From an uncultured virus (IMG/VR IMGVR_UViG_3300034759_000219) (Duplodnaviria > Heunggongvirae > Uroviricota > Caudoviricetes): 64,000 nt of DNA. Below are positions 60,303 through 64,000 of this stretch, piece by piece (positions within the stretch are counted from its first letter, which is position 1; each line of letters opens with the position of its first letter). The DNA is taken from the IMG/VR virus record IMGVR_UViG_3300034759_000219. One strand, given 5' to 3'. The notes beneath the pieces were generated by a model. The model made no database searches. It saw nothing but the letters and a program-made list of their open reading frames with translations, and was not told where the DNA came from. The position numbers and the translations under genes were made by a program.

Positions 60303-60719
60303 ATGCGCGATATAAAGATTTCAAATGGTGACATAGTCTTCAATGAAGCGGATTTTGCAAGTGCAGATAACTATTAGTAGGTTTAGAATGTAGTGCGAAA
60401 TATAATTTTCACACGGCGTGGATCTATGAAACAAAACACTACATTTGGCTCAGATTTATTACATAACAAAGCGATTTCTGAGCTGTAGGTGCGCTCTATT
60501 GATGACATTGCGTCTTATATAAAAGAAGACATGATGTACTCAATTTGGCTCACTAATCCAGGCTTGTATAAATTACTAAAGTGTGAGTATACCATAGACG
60601 AGGAAAACAAGACCATATACTGGCAGTTTTATATACAAGACAGCAGTGTCTTTGTACCATTGATGCTAGATGTCGGTACTGTACAGACGCAAATCGGTAT
60701 AAAGTTAGTCTTCAAATGA
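60303..60719 (+). CDS. gp25/gpW-like baseplate wedge protein, TAG-recoded
   Basis: MRDIKISNGDIV...IFTRRGS...FGSDL. Confidence 0.7.
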
Positions 60720-60728
60720 GGTGTTTTT

Positions 60729-61871
60729 ATGTTTGAATCTAAATCACTAAGCAGGATGATAAGCGATGTCGTAACAAGTATAGTATCAAAAACAAACATA
60801 GAGTCTGTAGAACCTGGTACAGTGCTTAGGTAGCTTATAGACTAGCAGGCATTGCAGGTATACGAATTACAAAGGTTTGTGTAGCTTTTGGCTTCATCTA
60901 CCTTTTTAACAGAATAGTCAGGTCCATTTTTGGATACGATTGCGACAATTTTTGGCTTAGCACGTCAGCCTTAGACAGTCGTCTAGTCTGTTGGTGGGAT
61001 AAGGTTCTATACAGAAACTGGGGATTAGATTTGTAACTACATTAGTGATAGCTTCTTCAGTGAAAACCAGGTTATTGTGTATGACAAGTATGGCGGGTAG
61101 TATAACGTAGAACGCACCTAGATACCATAGTACAAGATGTCACACCAATATGTCACATTAAACTAGACACCGATAGAAATAGCGAGAGAATCTATTTCGG
61201 CTGGCGAGATAAATTAGTACACACCTACAATACCAGGTGTGTTGGTTACTAATACATCAAACCTACAACTTGTACAAAGCGCAGAAACAGATTCATAGCT
61301 TAGATACAGAATATAGTAGCATCTAAATAGCTATAGAATGGCTACGTCTTAGTAGCTTAGGCTATAGTAGATGTCCGTACCTGGTGTCTAGGATTAGCGT
61401 GTTATTGAATTCCCACGTGGTATTGGATCTGTGGACGTGTACATACTTGGGCTTGACATAAATACGGATGAATAGCTAATTCAACCTGTCTTGGAGTAGG
61501 TCAAGCCGTATGTTTAGGCTGGCATAGACCTAGATGTGAAGACATTTATAAAGACATACGTCATACTCGGCGGTATTGTAAGATAGGTTTAGAATGCCAA
61601 TCAATAGAACGTATTAGACCAAATAGAGTCAGTTTAGCGGTCTGCGATAGACATAATCCAGCCTGGTGGTACAATGAACAAATTCGACTTATTGAGCCAA
61701 ATAATTCGCAGTTGCGATCTTATCAAGACCATAGACGATTTTGCGGTTTATATAAAGTAGCCATCGAAATTTTAGGTGCCTAATAAGTTGTATTAGGACA
61801 CCTATTATTGCTCTGAAAAGGAAAAGTTACTCTTAGCGCCCACAGACTGGCAGGTGTTTAAGATATTATGA
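60729..61871 (+). CDS. Baseplate J-like protein, TAG-recoded
   Basis: E*SGPFLD...FGLAR...ETDS*LRYRI...ATS**LRL**MSVPGV*D*RV...GIGSVDVYI. Confidence 0.85.
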
Positions 61872-63925
61872 GACCAATCTTTGTCAAATATGACGGCCAG
61901 ACACTGTCGTGGTTACATACCGCGCCATAGCCGTACACTGTATATGTACGCAAATTTAAAGAGACTGCGTACAAGGTATTTGCTCAGACAGATCAAAATT
62001 CAATACCATTTAGCGATCTAGATGTCTAGATACAAATTAGACCAGTTGGCACATAGCCAAACTTTGAACAAGGCGATGATTACTACATATTTTCACAAGA
62101 CAGAATACATACATCTCCAAACCTGTCGCTTTCCTTTCTAATGGACATATTCAGAAACTAGCTACCTGAATAGATTACAAAGCGGTTTTCAGATGTATCA
62201 AATGTCACACAACTTGCAGATTAGCTGTCCTAGCCTGGCGATTTTATAGCATTATCACTTCAGCGTGTATTTGCCGAGCGAAGTAAACTTGCCAGGATAG
62301 AGTTTAAACCTGCTAATAATTAGTACATAAAGTATGCTGGCAAATTTGATAACATATTCGCATTTGAGTATTCGCATTTGTTCAACACTGTAAGAGCTGT
62401 CAGACTTGTGTATAATCAAGCTCCAACATTTCCTGATTCATACGTACCTGTGGTTGTTACAGACCTAAACATAGCGGATATATTCAGCACGAACGTGGTA
62501 CATGAGCAAATAGAACGTGGCATAATCTTTGAAGACAACTCAAAATGTTCCGTCCAATTTGATATGAACGCTTGCAAGCTGAACGTCATCTCACAGCTTA
62601 CAGGTAGTGTTATATAGGACATGTCGTTTCCAGATGTACGCGAGCCTGGTGGATTTGAATTCGATTGGCACTATATATATATCTTGGACAACCATCTTAA
62701 GGTCATGCCGTAGCTTTACGATTACTAGGAGCTAGACTATGCGTATTTCGATTATTCTGGTCCATTTAAGCGCTTATTTATCTACCACATGCCAGAATAC
62801 CAGACTTAGTACATGACACCAGTTGCAGAAATAAGAGTTGATGTACCACCAGAATGGAATATCGTGTAGATAAAGATGTTCAGTGGATAGATGCTATAGC
62901 TACTTGAAGATGGCAGAGTTTAGATACTGTAGCCAAAATACTATTCATACTACAGTGCTGGCAGCAGTATAACAATCAATGACACGTTTTAGCAGGTATA
63001 GTTTTATAACAGCCAAACCAACAATTCAGTTATGTAGAGACTGAGAAAATTCAAAAAGTTACCAACAACCCTTGATGACTTGTTATACCTGTACGGTATG
63101 CACAGGTCTGAAGCTGAAGAGCCAGCTCGGTAGCTGTACAGGTTGTTTGTGGATATGCGCAACAACTAGCATGTGAACCAAACAATGATTAACCAAATCC
63201 TGCCAAATTAGTACTACCAAGTTACAAGCTTGAATGAGTTAGAATTAGAATATGGCAGTGACCTTATAGACCAGCTTGTCCAGATAGGCCAGCTACGTAC
63301 ATAGCCTACATTCAGTACATAGCAATTTGATACATCTGACATAGCAACCAAACCTGCATTATAGCTTAAGAAGACGCGATATGATACTGGAGTATATGAA
63401 AACGCAGTTACTTCTATAGTCGACGCGATCCAGCGGCCTGTCATTATAAACAATGCCAACCCGATATAGGCTCTCAACTGTGAGTATATGTTTGTGAACG
63501 AGACTAGATAGTAGCTACAGGTTAACAGTACAGATTGGCACGTGTTTAAACCTGGCAAGGTATGTATACAAGTATAGCCTTCTTAGTTGCAAAGTATAAT
63601 ACACCTTACCGAGCTTGATGCCTAGCTCGTATCGTCTAGCTTGTATGGAAAGAAGATTGTGCTATAGAGGTATCCATACGAACGAATACAAGTAGGCGAC
63701 AAATACTTCAACGGCATAGGCCTAATAAATGGCATGTACTAGTATTAGGTAGACAATACCGAGCTTGCCAAACCGCAAGTGTACTTTTATGGCGTTTGTG
63801 GGAATGAGCAATATCCACTAACTGCGTTTTCTGTAGACCAAGTTGCATATTAGTACATCTATGAAACAATTTAGCTTTCAATGCCATTAGAACAGTTTTA
63901 TCTAGTCAAGGTGGTGGGTTCGTGA
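61868..63925 (+). CDS. Baseplate-region protein, TAG-recoded
   Basis: ATGA-coupled; includes fragment 62378; ends in TGA. Confidence 0.6.
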
Positions 63926-64000
63926 AAGATATAGACCTGTTAAAGTAGAACAGGACTGTAACGTACATAACATAGTAGCACGTAGCTAACTATGTAACTG
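63922..64000 (+). CDS. Start of the next recoded gene (truncated by the window)
   Basis: GTGA coupling; MKDIDLLK*NRTV... Confidence 0.4.

Noticed and set aside
11683..64000. Degraded prophage or sequencing errors as the cause of the fragmented ORFs
   Set aside because: The interruptions I read are all TAG, frames are preserved over kilobases, and a cognate tRNA is present.
11683..64000. TAG = Gln (code 15) or pyrrolysine
   Set aside because: Conserved columns call for Ala (DEAQN, YAAVD, ARGLMQ). The tRNA has G3:U70 and A73 rather than Gln or Pyl features, and no pyl genes are visible.

Overview
This is 64 kb of a large contractile-tailed (myovirus-like) phage genome. The host is probably a Thermotogota-like thermophile, judged from the CRISPR repeat only. 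There are two divergent arms. The leftward arm (1-10.5 kb) is mostly in the standard code and carries a retron-like RT with a coupled partner gene, a cas-less 5-repeat CRISPR array, tRNA-Ser, RNase H, a macro domain, a single-subunit RNA-polymerase-like gene and IS200/IS605 remnants. The rightward late/structural arm (11.7-64 kb) looks shattered in the ORF track only because its genes contain many in-frame TAG codons. Main result: in these genes TAG appears to encode ALANINE, not glutamine. In-frame TAGs occupy conserved Ala columns (SpeD Y**VDIFTCG, PhoH DE*QN and GKTFL*L*V*, SLT *RGLMQ, baseplate J). The phage also encodes a CUA-anticodon tRNA (33955-34030) with the alanine identity elements G3:U70 and A73. 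With TAG read as Ala, the late arm resolves into long, tightly packed genes that end in TAA or TGA: a 1622-aa RNAP-like protein, terminase, portal, protease, capsid, sheath, tubes and baseplate. Several early genes still stop at TAG. A GTTAGTC motif precedes many recoded units and the suppressor tRNA, and a short amber-containing leader ORF runs into the tRNA itself. All translations and coordinates were done by hand and no database searches were run.
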